Assembly: GCF_011386835.1 (NCBI RefSeq)
Contig: NC_088805.1
Span: forward strand, 15,562,001 to 15,626,000
DNA from: Chrysemys picta bellii
Lineage: Eukaryota
Direction: 5' to 3'
Length of the DNA: 64,000 bases
Positions within the stretch are counted from its first letter, which is position 1. Each line of letters begins with the position of its first letter. Shown piece by piece: positions 48,340 through 60,568 of the stretch. The position numbers were made by a program, and so were the translations under genes. The notes beneath the pieces are model-generated. The model did no database searches. It saw only the letters and a list, made by a program, of their open reading frames with translations, and was not told where the DNA came from.

Positions 48340-50003
48340 CTGCACCAGAGAAATAAAATCCCAGCATGTTACACAAAACTGGGGAGCAGAACATCATCAT
48401 GTTACCCCTAGTGGATAAGCAAGAAGCTGCAGCCTCTTCGGGGGACCTGTCTGCCAGCTCTCATTAGTCTTAGGTGACCTAAAGATTGTGACTAAGAGGG
48501 AGGAATTCTTTAACTAGAGTTAGGGCAGGGTTTAAAACGATTTCTGTGTAAATCGGTTCCAACCACTGATGAAGTTTCTGCACAACTAGAAAATTGGTCC
48601 TACTGCTGCTGGGCACCAATGGCAAGATTCCCATTTATTTCAGTGCGGTGGGGGAGGGGAGACAGAGACTACATTCTAAGCATTCTTTATTTTATCTGAA
48701 ACAATGACAAATAAAAGCAGGCAATGATTTGTGTTTCATGCCAGCCCTCACTCAGGGCAATGCCAGGGACTGCCAGTCGCAAACGGCAACACCAATACCA
48801 CGGGAAGGGAACCCATTCAATGGTACATGTCCTCCACCACAAAGTGGCAAGTTCCCACTAGTGCAGCAGCTGCCCCTTTGCGAGCAAACACCCCAACTCC
48901 ATAGCAAGAAGTCAACCAGGGGCTGAGTTTTACTGTGGGGAAGCCTGTGAATTACCCAGCATGAGAGTTACAGGCCGACATGGGAAACAGCACCTAAAAC
49001 CAGACTGAAGGAGGGAGGGAGGGAAATTAACCCAAAAGGAGGGGAACCCCCCTCTCCCCCACAAGCTCTGTAAATGGCATCCTCACTTAACTGAAATGAC
49101 TGGGACACAAACAGATTTTGTGCAATGGATCTAAAATAAATAAACAAGTTGCACATGTATTCTGACCAGCACATATTTCTTGCCTACGAGCGTCTTCACA
49201 GCAGCTTACAGTGAGACTTGGTGTTTGCTGGCATACTTTGCGACTGCACATCCCTCGGTTCATTGCGTGCTGCTTCCTTGAGCGCTTACTGATGCTAAAC
49301 AAGTTCTTACCTTAAAATGCTTTTAAAACGTTTTAAAGCTTGTACTAGGGTTATTTTTAAGAACAATTCCTGATATAGAAGCCGGTATCAACCAGTACAG
49401 TGGAGGCCTACGACATGAATCTCTGATAATCAGGTCATCTATTTCCACTAGAGTGTGTTAATTAAGAGGATACCCCATTGTATTAAATAAAGCTTCATAG
49501 CAGGATTCAGAAGAGGGCTTGACATAGCAAGACTATCTGGAATTATAATAGTAAGGGTTAAAGAGACAGCCGAGAGTTTCCAAAGAGATGTAACACCTCA
49601 CGTTTCAGAGCATAAGGTGAGCTCTAACAAATGGGAGTTAAGAAGAAGTTTTCCAATGGGCCGTTTATTTTATAACCGCCCCTCTGCATGGTTTCTTGTA
49701 CCCTTCCTCTATAGCAGCTGATACCAGCCACTATCAATACACCATTGTGTCATCCAGGCTGGTAACTCCCGTGCAATCACTACTTTTCCATAATTAGATC
49801 AGAAGGCAGATACAAGATTAGATTCTGTGCCTTAAATAAGTTGGGTTCTCAGTCACTCAACACCACAACAATGTACCTTGCTAGCATAAAACAGTCCATA
49901 AAAGTGAGAAAAAGACAGTAGCGCTTCATATATTTTACTTTATGACACACAGCCACACTAATAGCCCGACCATGAAATCAGCCACTGAAGCGCCAGCCCT
50001 TAC

Positions 50004-50172
50004 ATGGTGCAGGTGACTCCCTGGACCATTTCCCCAATGAGGAGCCAAATTTGATAGCGATTTGTCTCATCTTCTCTAAGTCGCCACTTTCTTCAGCCTC
50101 CAAGTATTCCTTCTGAGCACGTAACTTCTCAACATCAGGAAAGAAATCCCTCTGAATAATTTTCTCCAAACT
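50004..50172 (-). CDS. ESS2: ESS2 exon 2 (169 nt)
   Basis: SLEKIIQRDFFPDVEKLRAQKEYLEAEESGDLEKMRQIAIKFGSSLGK; polypyrimidine tract plus TAG acceptor, GTAAG donor. Confidence 0.95.
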
Positions 50173-50425
50173 CTATAGTTAAAAAAAAAAAGAGAACAAA
50201 CGATTCTAAGCATACCTGGCAAGCAAGAAAAAACAAGATCAGTTTGGGGAAGCTTTCTTGGAAGGGGATAAGGATTTAGGGTTCCATGAAAGGCCTTGAT
50301 TGACTGCAATGCATGACTAATACTGAAGTCCTATTTATCCACAAGAGGTACCACAGATGCACAAACAATACCAGTGCTGGCTTCCCCGACACTGCCCCAG
50401 CAGCAGGCCCGACTATGATCTAGAG

Positions 50426-51067
50426 TAGTGGTTCCCAAACTTTATTTGCTGAGTCCCCCTGCGGAGATTCATGTTCCATGCATGCCCCCCTCTTTCTAAG
50501 GGGGACATGGGGACCTAACACCCATGGGGGCCCAAACTCACCTTGCAGCAGTTGGGCAGTCTTGGCTCCCAGGACCTGGCTCCCGCCCTGTCTCACTCCC
50601 ACCCACAGGAGAAGCAAATGGGCTGCAGTGAGGAGGCAGGGTCAGGAGTGGAGCAGAAGGCTGCATTCCTTTAATCCTGTCTCTTCTGACCCCAGCCCTG
50701 TCTGTTTCCCCTGGGCAAGATCTGTCCAGAAAGGGAAGTGGACGGGCACTGTGTCCTGGGACCACAGTCAGGAAGTGGCTCTGTCCAGCAAGAGTCAATA
50801 CTTACGAGGTGCAGCCTTCAGCTCCCCGCTGGCCTCCCCAGCAGAGGAGGGTATCTGCCAGGTGATAGCTGAAGTAGTTGGCATGTGAGACAGGCAGGGA
50901 GTCTGGTCCCAGCATCTGAAACCACCCACACAGACCTCTCTCCGCCTCCCGTACCGGACAGAGCCCCTCCTGACTCCAGCCCTACAGTGCAGCCCCATCT
51001 GTTCCTCACACACCCCTGATAACCTCATCGCACACGCGTGGTGGGGTGCACAGTTGGGGAATCTCTG
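50426..51067. mobile_element. hAT-Charlie-like non-autonomous element in ESS2 intron 1
   Basis: TAGTGGTTCCCAAAC...GTTGGGGAATCTCTG termini; TSD ATCTAGAG/ATCTAGAT. Confidence 0.8.
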
Positions 51068-51273
51068 ATCTAGATGGATCAGCTCTAAGAGTGAGAGAGA
51101 TTAATCACCATCACCCTTCAATCCTTGGCATCTTTGCTGAGACCGCTTAAGGGTGCCAATTAGCGTTAAACACGAGGGTGGCATTGTGAAGCAGACGTCT
51201 GTTCACTAGGAAATGGATGGAACCCAACTCATTTAAAATAGGCCACTAACGATCTATCAGAGTGTATGTCTCT

Positions 51274-51560
51274 GCTGGGTATGTCTTTGCTGCAATCGAA
51301 GGCATGATCACAACTTGGGTAGACATACATGCTAGCTTTCATCTAGCTAGCACGGCTAAAAATAGCAATAAAGATACAGTGACACAGAGTTTGGCCCTGG
51401 CTGGGCAAGCCCACCCAGAACCTCAGATATGCGCTTGCCTTGCTAGCCCGAGCCAGGGTCCCTGCCGCCACATCTCCACAGCTGTACTAGCTAAACTAAG
51501 GCTAGTGCCTGTACGCCAATCTGCATTCACACCTACCCTTTGTTGCATCTTATCTGGCCC
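51274..51560. mobile_element. Old PIF/Harbinger-like MITE
   Basis: GGGTATGTCT start and internal GTAGACATAC / GCTAGC palindromic structure; boundaries approximate. Confidence 0.45.
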
Positions 51561-51937
51561 TGGCTAGTAGTGTAACAACCCAAGATGAAAGGTCCACATA
51601 CTGTTAACGATCCAACCTGACCCATTTGGCCCTCTTGGGCTGATTTTTCTGCCCTTTCGCAAAATGTTGTTACATACAGCACCTTTCATTTTGAAGGATC
51701 CCAAAATACTCTGCGAAAAACATTTATAAACATATATTGTACAGGTGTCACATTATACAGTGCTGAAACACAGCCAGCTCTGGAGCAAAATCCAGCAACT
51801 GCAGAGCAGTGCACTTGCACTGTAATGTTACACTGCAATCTGGGACAGGAAACAAAGAATTATGGCCACTATAATTAAAAAGTATCAGAGGGGAGCTGTG
51901 TTAGTCTGTATCCACAAAAACAACTCGGAGTCCGGTG

Positions 51938-52060
51938 TAGGGTGACCAGATGTCCCGATTTTATAGGGATAGTCCCGATTTTTGGGTCTTTTTCTTATAT
52001 AGGCTCCTAGTACTCCACACCCACTGTCCCGATTTTCACATTTGTTGTCTGGTCATCCTA
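51938..52060. mobile_element. hAT-type MITE (same family as 1773-1906)
   Basis: TAGGGTGACCAGA...TCTGGTCATCCTA; perfect 8-bp TSD GTCCGGTG. Confidence 0.9.
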
Positions 52061-52078
52061 GTCCGGTGGCACCTTAAA

Positions 52079-52398
52079 GGGTGTCATAAGGAGGAGGGAG
52101 AAAACTTGTTCACTTTAGCCTCTAAGGATAGAACAAGAAGCAATGGGTTTAAACTGCAGCAAGGGAGGTCTAGGTTGGACATTAGGAAAAAGTTCCTAAC
52201 TGTCAGGGTGGTTAAACACTGGAATAAATTGCCTAGGGAGGTTGTGGAATCTCCATCTCTGGAGATATTTAAGAGTAGGTTAGATAAATGTCTATCAGGG
52301 ATGGTCTAGACAGTATTTGGTCCTGCCATGCGGGCAGTTGACTGGACTCGATGACCTCTCGAGGTCCGTTCCAGTCCTAGAATCTATGAATCTATGAA
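52079..52398 (+). mobile_element. CR1 3'-end fragment (young subfamily)
   Basis: Near-identical to 10155-10470; ends CTAGAATCTATGAATCTATGAA. Confidence 0.95.
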
Positions 52399-53024
52399 TT
52401 AACAGATTTATTTGGGCATAAGCTTTAGTGGGTAAAAAAACCCCAAATAAATATGTTAGTCTTTAAGGTGCCACCAGACTCCTTGTTCTTTTTATAATTA
52501 AAAAGAGATTGGGGGAAAAAATATTCCCCTTCATTTTTCCTCTTTGTTTATTGTGTATTAGGCAGCACCTTGTACACCGTCAGTTTCCCCCTTCCCTGTG
52601 TGGTCAGTGTTTTCCCCAGCTGGTCGGATGGGTTCTCCACCCAGAAGCAGGGTTGATAACAGTTTTAAACACAGAACAGTGGGGCTGTATAGCCACCCAC
52701 GTTGGCACAGACGGGTTGGCGTGGCTAGGGTGTCTGAAACCACTTTCCCCCTTGTTCTAACAATGTTCTGGGCAATGCTGAGTGGTCAGGGCCCCTTTTG
52801 GGGAGAGGCACAAAGCGTGGCTCCCTGGACCGTAGGTTTGAGACACAGTGGGGGACCCGATCGGGGTAGGGGGGGCAGGGGAGATATCACTCGCTATGCC
52901 AGCCTGTCCCCCCCCCCCCCCCATGAATAGCACAAGCTGGGGCTGCCTAGCAAGGAAAAGCAGGTAGGACCCAACTCCCACTGATCCTCGGACCCCATCT
53001 GCAGTGACCGACCACTCCCCCCCA

Positions 53025-53300
53025 CCCCACCCCCAGACAGCCCCGGCCTCCCCCTCAGACAGCCCCCCCTTTGCCTCCCCCCCAGACAGGCCCCCTTTGC
53101 CTCCCACACAGACAGCCCCGGCCTCCCTCCTCCCAGACAGCCCCCCCTTTGCCTCCCCCACAGACAGTCCCAGCCTCCCCCCTCCACCCAGACAGTCCCG
53201 GCCTCCCTCCCCACCCCCAGACAGCCCCGCCCTCCCCCTCAGACAGCCCCCCCTTAGCCTCCCCCCCAGACAGCCCCGGCCTCCCTCCCCAACCTCCCCC
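53025..53300. repeat. C-rich minisatellite (~10 imperfect ~25-nt units around CAGACAGCCCCGGCCTCCC)
   Basis: About ten CAGACAG cores spaced 21-29 nt apart, directly adjacent to the ESS2 exon 1 donor. Confidence 0.85.
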
Positions 53301-53310
53301 GCCCGATCAC

Positions 53311-53466
53311 CTCGATGTAGCTCTCCTCGTCCAGGATCCTCTTACGGCGCTTGGGGGGCTCCTGGGCCGCTTCCCGCAGCACAGCCACGGCGGCCCCGTC
53401 GGCCTGTAGGGGCACCAGCGCCAGGGGTGAGGCAGCGGCGGTGACGGGAGCCCCCGGCTCCTCCAT
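53311..53466 (-). CDS. ESS2: ESS2/DGCR14 splicing factor, exon 1 (156 nt); the ten exons total 1458 nt = 485 aa + stop
   Basis: MEEPGAP...PPKRRKRILDEESYIE then GAG|GTGATC donor; all ten exons join in frame. Confidence 0.93.
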
Positions 53467-53469
53467 GGC

Positions 53470-53960
53470 GCCAGGCCGAGGATCGCTGTCAGCCAGGCCA
53501 AGGGGCGTCCGCGGTTTCTCGGGGCAGGAGCCGACACGGCCAGAATCGAGGAAGGGTGAGGGGGTGGCTTGACCCTTCCCAGCCACCGTCGCACCGCGCT
53601 GCTGGTCGGGACTTGTAGTTTTCTTTTAGCGCACTAGTCCCGATTCCAGGCGCTAGCAGCGCCGCCGAGAGGAGCCTGGAAAGCCTAGAGCGGCGGGCTA
53701 ACGGGAAACCACAGAGAGCGGCTAGAGCGTCCCAAAGGGAGAGCGCTCTCCCTGCCGGCAAGGAGGAAGAAGTGCGACTAAGGGCGCATGCGCGTTGGGG
53801 AGGAGCGCCCGTGAGCAGGGGGCCTACCCTCCCTTGGCTTGACAGCAGCTCAACGTTCCAGAGGGGACCTTGCCTTGGGTCTGGGTCACAGGGCAATGGG
53901 CGGGAGCGGGAGGCTTTATTTAAAGGCCTCCCGGAGACTGATACCAGACTAAGCACGATG
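53470..53960. promoter_or_regulatory. CpG-island promoter of ESS2
   Basis: ACTACAAGTCCC (ZNF143/THAP11-type motif, minus strand, 53608-53619); NRF1 consensus GCGCATGCGC 53784-53793. Confidence 0.75.
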
Positions 53961-56652
53961 CTGACTACAGTGATGCGCTGCCTGATTTGCAGAGTTGATT
54001 TATGGAGTCTATAGCTTCTCTACAGCGGGGCTGCAAATATTAATCCTAGAATGCACTTATTTCTGAACACTAGAAAGCCCTTTACCGCAGTGACTGGCAC
54101 ACACACGGGGGTTTCCGGCCAGAAACACACAATTGAAAGTAAACGTAACACAGTCGTATATTTATTTCTGTACTGTCGTTGTAAGTCACAGATGGCAGGA
54201 ACTACTGCACTGATGCTAAATACCCAGGCAGGGCAGAATTCAATTTGTACTTTTTTCATAATTTTGATGGAGAATTTCAATGTTTATTTTTAAACCTGTT
54301 CTCTATTTTTATCCATTTAAATTTCCACAGTTACACAAAATTATGGTTTTAGGCTATTTTATTTGGATCGATTTACATTTTCACAGCTGCAAGGAAGCCT
54401 GAAGGGTCAAACAATCATTATTTATTGAGAGAAGACACTGAGATATACAAAGTTAAAACTTTACAACCGTTAAAACACAAATTGTCCGCATCACATGTCA
54501 AAATATACAAAGTAAATATTTTTAAATTAAACAAATTCTCAGGCAGCATTTTCATTCACTTTATCCATCTGTAAATTTTGATTATTATCAATGGATATAT
54601 TTTTTCATTGATTTGTATGTGTTTGGTGAAATTGACATATACTGATAATCTAATCCTGCCAACCCTATATATACCTTTGAAAAGATAAATAATGCGTTAA
54701 TGTTCAATTAGTGCTTTTCAGGTAGTTGGCTTGGGGAAAACAGATTAGTATTATTTGCCTGTATGCGTGTCCTATCCTAAAACAAGATTACAATTCCCAG
54801 CATTCAAACACTGGATATGTTATCCCCTAGCCGTGCCCCACACCCTGGCCAGCGCTCCCAACTTTCAGGGCTGTGCTGTTCAGCTGCAGACCCCCAGTAG
54901 AGCACATTCTCCACCAGAATATGGCATCACTCAGGATTAACTCAATACCCTGCCTTGTGTTGAAAATTCTACACTGGTGTGTGGCTCTTGGTGTCAGCCC
55001 TGCAGCACAGAAGGAAGGCAAAGGTGCTGTGGAAGTGCAAAGTGTTATTTACAGTGACAGAATCTTTGCGGACTTAAATTAGTAGCGTTACTACTTTTGT
55101 CAGGAGCATCGTGTTTGGCAGGCTCGATGCCAGGGCTCCAGTCCCAGTAACAGCTGTCTCCCCAGTACATTGATTTATGAATCTTTATTTTACTTGAAAA
55201 GAACTCCAGCAGCATTTACTGCATACACACACACACCCCATTCCCCACAATTATCATGGAGGGATCCAAGTCTGAAAATGAAAGGGAATCTGTCTGCAAG
55301 GAATAAAACATAGAATGGGGATGGAAATCAGGAACGATTCTTCAAAAGCTGGCTGGCCTTGTAGGACATGGCCAATTATCATCCTTAGAGAGACACGGTG
55401 GGTGAGGTAATATCTTGAGAGACAAGCTCTCGCCAACAGAAGTTGATCCATTAAAAGATATTACCTCACCCACCTTGTCTCTTTAATATCCTAGGACGGC
55501 CATGGCTACAACACTGCAAACAGTTATCATCCTTAGCACTTACACAGCAGGTGGGGCACCACATAGACAGTTCTAGGGCTGAAACTTTCCTCTGTGCTGT
55601 TGTGAAGCCCAATGCACCACTCCAGACCCCAAAGCAAGGTCTTAGGGCGTGAGAACCAGAAAGTGAAACTGACGGATCTAGTTTAATTATCCAAGCTGAG
55701 TGAAACAAAACAAAAAAAGGAAACAACCAGCTTCTCTGGTGAAATACACCCTTCTAGCAGTAGAAACTCTAGTAGCTACCCATAGCAGCAGGTGTTGCTT
55801 TTCCTCTGCAGTGCTACAGTTTAGTTTTCATTTCTCTTTTGCCATTTTGTTTGGGGTTGGCAACTGCTGTTGCCCCATTCTGGGCAAACCCAACCCACAC
55901 TGCGAGCAGAGCAGCTGCAGAGTGGTCCATCATGGAAAGAGAAGATTGCTCAGTATACAAATGGCCTTGTCTGCACTAACAACAAACTGTACTACAGCCA
56001 TGTGTTAACACAGGTTAGTTGAAGACGTTAGTTTGAAAGTACTAATAGTACTTTGATGCCCCCTACTCTGTACATGAATGAATTTCTTTTGAAGAATGCA
56101 AATAGAGCCTTTGTTAGTTTGTTTAAGGAATGAGTTGTGTAATTAATCAGTATCCACCTTGACCCCAAAATGCAACTGTAGACACCATCATGACACTGTA
56201 AAAACAATGTAAACCCCAGGCCATTATCCAGAATAGTCTCCGAATCTACTTTATAACAACAAAACAGGCACAGCGCTATCTGTACAGGAACAAAGACAAG
56301 TTGAGAGAAATCTTTCTCCATCATCCATACATGCATCTACAATACTAACATTGAAGTTATCCCCACCTTTGGCATTTGGCAACTTTTCAGCTTAAGCTTT
56401 TGAGGAACATGCCCTATGACTCGTTTGTTTTATTTGTCATGAGATGAACTTTTTTTGGATGAAAAAGCTAAGGACTTGAAAATACAGCACCTACCTTTAC
56501 CTGCCCTTTACCTCATCGAATCAGAAGATTCCCTCACTGCTTTCCCTCTCCAGCCCCACTCCTCTTCCATCTGTCCCACCTTGCTGCAAAACCAGTGGAT
56601 CAGGGCAACTGGTGCTTTTCACAGTAGCCCTGTGAGACTTAGTGTCAGTCCC

Positions 56653-56757
56653 TTAGCAGTTCTCCTCCGAGGGTTTTTTGGTGCCTTGAAGGAGCAGAGC
56701 CGAAGCAGAAGCTCTTTTCTGATGCCTCCACTTGGCCCGTCGATTTTTAAACCAAAC
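56653..56757 (-). CDS. GSC2: GSC2 exon 3 (105 nt): homeodomain helix 3 and C-terminus
   Basis: VWFKNRRAKWRHQKRASASALLLQGTKKPSEENC*; K50 residue; minus-strand AATAAA at 56429-56434. Confidence 0.95.
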   Translation of the reverse strand, partial: VWFKNRRAKWRHQKRASASALLLQGTKKPSEENC

Positions 56758-57352
56758 CTAGACATTTAATAAAAGAAATGCAACATTTATCTCTAGCCTC
56801 CATGAAACGGCCCAGCCCTGAAAGCAATTGGCATTTACAACTTTGGATTTTACAGCATGACGGGAAGTGGTAGGATTTGGCAGTACGTTCTACTCTGGTT
56901 ATGAAGGCTGCTCCCGCACAGGTAACTCAGGACAAGAGCCACCTGAGGACTCCTTCCCTGGAGTTCATGTTCAGTTACTTTCAAGGTGGGCAGGTGAGCC
57001 AGGAATCCCAATGGTAAACAAAAGTGTTCTGCAGAACATGAAAATGTTTGAAAGCAGGGCAGTGACTGCAGAGTTAAGCGGTGTGCACGTGTGAGAGCGT
57101 GCGCAAGAGTGCCTGTGAGTGTGTCAGGCCATAAAAACAATGTGTGAGTGTTCTGCACACATCCATTGTGTACTGGCCTTATCCTATGGCTTACGGAATT
57201 TACAATGTGTTTTTTCAATTGCACTTTGAGGTGCTACATCTGCAACCCCCTGTGGGGGCATAAAAATGGCTCCTGAACCAGATTCCTCTTTATTTTTTTT
57301 AGTGAACAGGGGCAAAAATTGTTTTGATCTCTGTAGTGTGGAAGAATCTCAC

Positions 57353-57600
57353 CTCTACTCTCTCCTCCTTTAAGTGGATGCGGTTGGCCAGATGCTCTCT
57401 AGTGATGACATCTGGGTACTGGTTCTGGTTGAAAAGGGCCTCCAGGGCCTGTAGCTGATCTTCGGTGAAGATGGTCCGGTGCCGGCGGGTCCGCCTTTGG
57501 ATCTGATGGAAGGTCTGCAGCTCATTCTGGCTCCCACGAAGGTTCTTACATGCCCTGGCAGTGGGATGAATTAGCCTCATGGGCCAGGGGAACCTGGTGT
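57353..57600 (-). CDS. GSC2: GSC2 exon 2 (248 nt): homeodomain helices 1-2
   Basis: [48 protein letters not shown]; TTTTATTAG acceptor, GTGAG donor. Confidence 0.95.
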
Positions 57601-59571
57601 CTAATAAAAGGAGAGTTAGAATTTACCAGTTTGATTACAGAACCAAAACAAACTAAGCGCTCTCCGAAGAAAGGCCTGTCCCCCTTCAATTCCACGTAGG
57701 CCGAAGTTGGGGCTGCTATGGAGGCAGCATACTCAGACTCTGCTTGAGCTCCTCTGGGTGATTCATGATGAATCAGCATTGACTGGCTTTGGACAGAGCC
57801 ACGTTCAGCCCCCTTGGATGAAATGAAAGCGTAGCTGCCATGATGTGAGGCCTGGGGTAGGAGACAGCGATTGACTGGAATTCTCTAGGTTCCAGGAGAG
57901 GCGTAGAGTTGAAGAGCAGAAGGGACCACCAGATCATTTAGTCTGACCTCCTGTATTTCACAGGCCACCAACACCTCCCAGCACCTGCACACTAAACCCA
58001 ACCACTTGGAGGAAGGTATTCCAGCCCTCAGGATACTAGACGACTGTGTGCCACAGGCAGAGAACAGGAGGGACTGAGGTGCACCAGTACCTGAGGCCTC
58101 TGCAGTGGCAAGGAAATGAGATGCTCCCAGATGTCCTAGCAAGCAACCTGCACCCAAAAGCTGCAGAGGAAAGTGAAAAACTCCCAATGCCCTCGCCAAT
58201 CTGACCTGGGAGAAAATTCCTTCCTGAGCCCACATGTGACAATCAATTAGACCCTGAGCATGTGAGCAAGAACCAGCCAGCCGAGCACCTGAGAGACAGA
58301 ATGCTTGGGGCCACCTCAGAGCCCTGGCCAGCCCCTTCCAGTGTCTCCTCTCCAGCTCTGGGACTGTCCCAGATGCTTCAGAGGAAGGAGACAAAAAGAA
58401 GAAAGAGGAAAAAGACAAAAAGGAAACGAGGGTTCCACTCGGGAAGGGTGAAGGAATTCTGGCTATGTTCTCCTGGTTTACTGCCCAGCTGCAGTATTGC
58501 CACCACAAGCATTAAAATGGCACGAGTCAGGCTCCTCAAAACCATGAGTTTGGATTAAAAGCTACAAGATGGTTTAATACAATAAATCTGGGATTCTTTT
58601 TGTTTGTTTTGTGGTTTGTTAGCCTTCAGGATGCACTGGGACCACATTTTCAAGCTTTTCTCTGCAATCAGGGGGGCTAGAAACAACCTTTTCTTTTTCA
58701 AATGAAAGGGGAGATTTTCACTGAACCTCCTAATTTCAGGAGTTGGGGCTTTAAGAAAAACACCCGAAGTCATGAGAGTCAGCAGCTCTCCAGTAGGGTC
58801 CCAAGCTCCATTATAGCAGATCCACCCCTACCCTCGCCATCACACAACTCAAGGGTATATCCAAAAAATCTAACAAGATTTAACGGGAAGTCTTTCTCTT
58901 TCCCACAGAATTCAGGAGGATTGTAGAGTGCTCGGAAGCAGCAGATATCTGCATCGATTAACTCTGCAGAACTCGAGTGGTATCAAAGGGGAAGGGGGAA
59001 TTCCAGGAAGGGTCAGGAAAGAACACCTTCCAACCTGAGCTGGGTTTAACACTGCCACTGTGGGTTCCCATTAGGACTCGGACAGCAATCTCAGCGCATA
59101 CACCAGTGTCTGAGCGCTGCTGGTCGAAAGCAGCCAGCGGAGGCAGTTCCTGACCTGTTTTTCAGAGGTCTGCAGAAACTTCCCTGTGAGGCGGATGAAA
59201 AGGAAAGCAACAGGAGAAAAGGGAGCTAGCCCACAGAAAACAGTGACGCTGTCAGCTTTGCTTCCCCACTGTGAAATGTTACCAGCTTCTATGGCTGATG
59301 CAGGGCAGTGCCTTCATTGCCAGGGGTTTTGGGTCTTTACCCCCAGAGAGCCTCATTGGAGTTTGTAAAGGCTAAGGGCCCCCTACTGCGAGGTACTGAG
59401 CTCTCTCAGCTTTCACTGAGGTCACAGGGAGCTGAAGGTGCTCAGAGCCCTTCAGCCAGCAGTTGAGATGTCACAGGATTGGGTCCATGGTCACAGAAGG
59501 GTAAAGGAAAGAGACATCAGACTGGACAGCCAATGTTTGCCTTTGTGGTCATGATGGATTGTGGGACTGGC

Positions 59572-60568
59572 TAGGGTTACCATATGTCCTCTTTTTCCCG
59601 GACATGTCCGGCTTTTCGGCAGTCAAACCCCCGTCCGGGGGGAATTGACAAAAAGCCGAACATGTCCGGGAAAATGGCGGCTCTGTTTAAGAGCCCGGCT
59701 GCCTGAACACTACCGGCTTCGGGCAGCCCCGTGCCTGGAGACCCTGCGCCGCCGGAGCCCGGGAGGGGAAGTGCCCGGCTGGGGGCGCAGGGTCTCCAGG
59801 CACGGGGCTGCCCGAAGCCGGTAGCTCTCGGGCAGCCCGGCTCTTAAATAGAGCCGCGAGGGCTGGAGCCGCTGGGGCTGTGTGTAACTGACCCAGTGTC
59901 AGTTACACAGAGCCCCAGCCGCTGGAGGCTCTGTTTAAGAACCGGGCTGCCCGAGAGCTACCGGCTTCGGGCAGCCCCCTTGCCTCCGGACCCTGCGCCC
60001 CCAGCCGGGCACTTCCCCTCCCGGGCTCCGGCGGCGCAGGGTCCGGAGGCACGGGGGCTGCCTGAAGCCGGTAGCGCTGGGGCAGCCCGGCTCTTAGAGC
60101 CTAAGAGGAGCAGAGCTTCCAGCTGCGGGGGCTCTGCTCCTCTTTGGCTCTGTGTAACTTATACAGTCTAAGTTACGCAGAGCCGCCGGAGCCCCGGAGG
60201 GGAAGTGCCCGGCTGGGGGCACAGGGTCCGGAGGCATAGGGGCTGCCCAAAGCCCGAGCGCTACCGGCTTCACGGTTTGCTGGGCAGCCTCCAGACCCTG
60301 CACCCCCGGCTGGGCACTTCCCCTCCCGGGCACCAGCTGCGCTGGGGAAGCGCCAGCTGGGGGCGCAGGGTCTGGAGGCTGCCCGGGAAACCGTGATGCT
60401 GGTAGCACTGGGGCAGCCCTTTCCCCCTGGCTGGGAGTGGGAGGGAGGAGGGGGCGGAGTTAGGGTGGGGGAAGGGGCGGAGTTGGGCGGGGCTAGGGGT
60501 GGGGAAATGGGCGGGGCCATGACCCGTGGAGGGTCCTCTTTTTTTATTTATGAGATATGGTAACCCTA
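59572..60568. mobile_element. Young GC-rich non-autonomous hAT element in GSC2 intron 1
   Basis: TIRs TAGGGTTACCATA...TATGGTAACCCTA; perfect 8-bp TSD GGACTGGC (59564-59571, 60569-60576). Confidence 0.92.

Larger units (their letters stand above)
51883..52493. mobile_element. Penelope-like retroelement terminal remnant with inversion, hosting two nested insertions
   Basis: GCTGTGTTAGTCTGTATCCAC...GGCACCTTAAAG..TAACAGATTTATTTGGGCATAAGCTT followed by its own inverted copy (52442-52493); flanked by a 12-bp TSD ATAATTAAAAAG (51871-51882, 52494-52505). Family assignment is from recalled consensus. Confidence 0.7.

Noticed and set aside
52757-53956. Multiple overlapping 95-155-aa ORFs around the ESS2 5' end
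   Set aside because: Explained by the minisatellite and CpG island; only the ESS2 exon 1 frame is supported by splice sites and homology.
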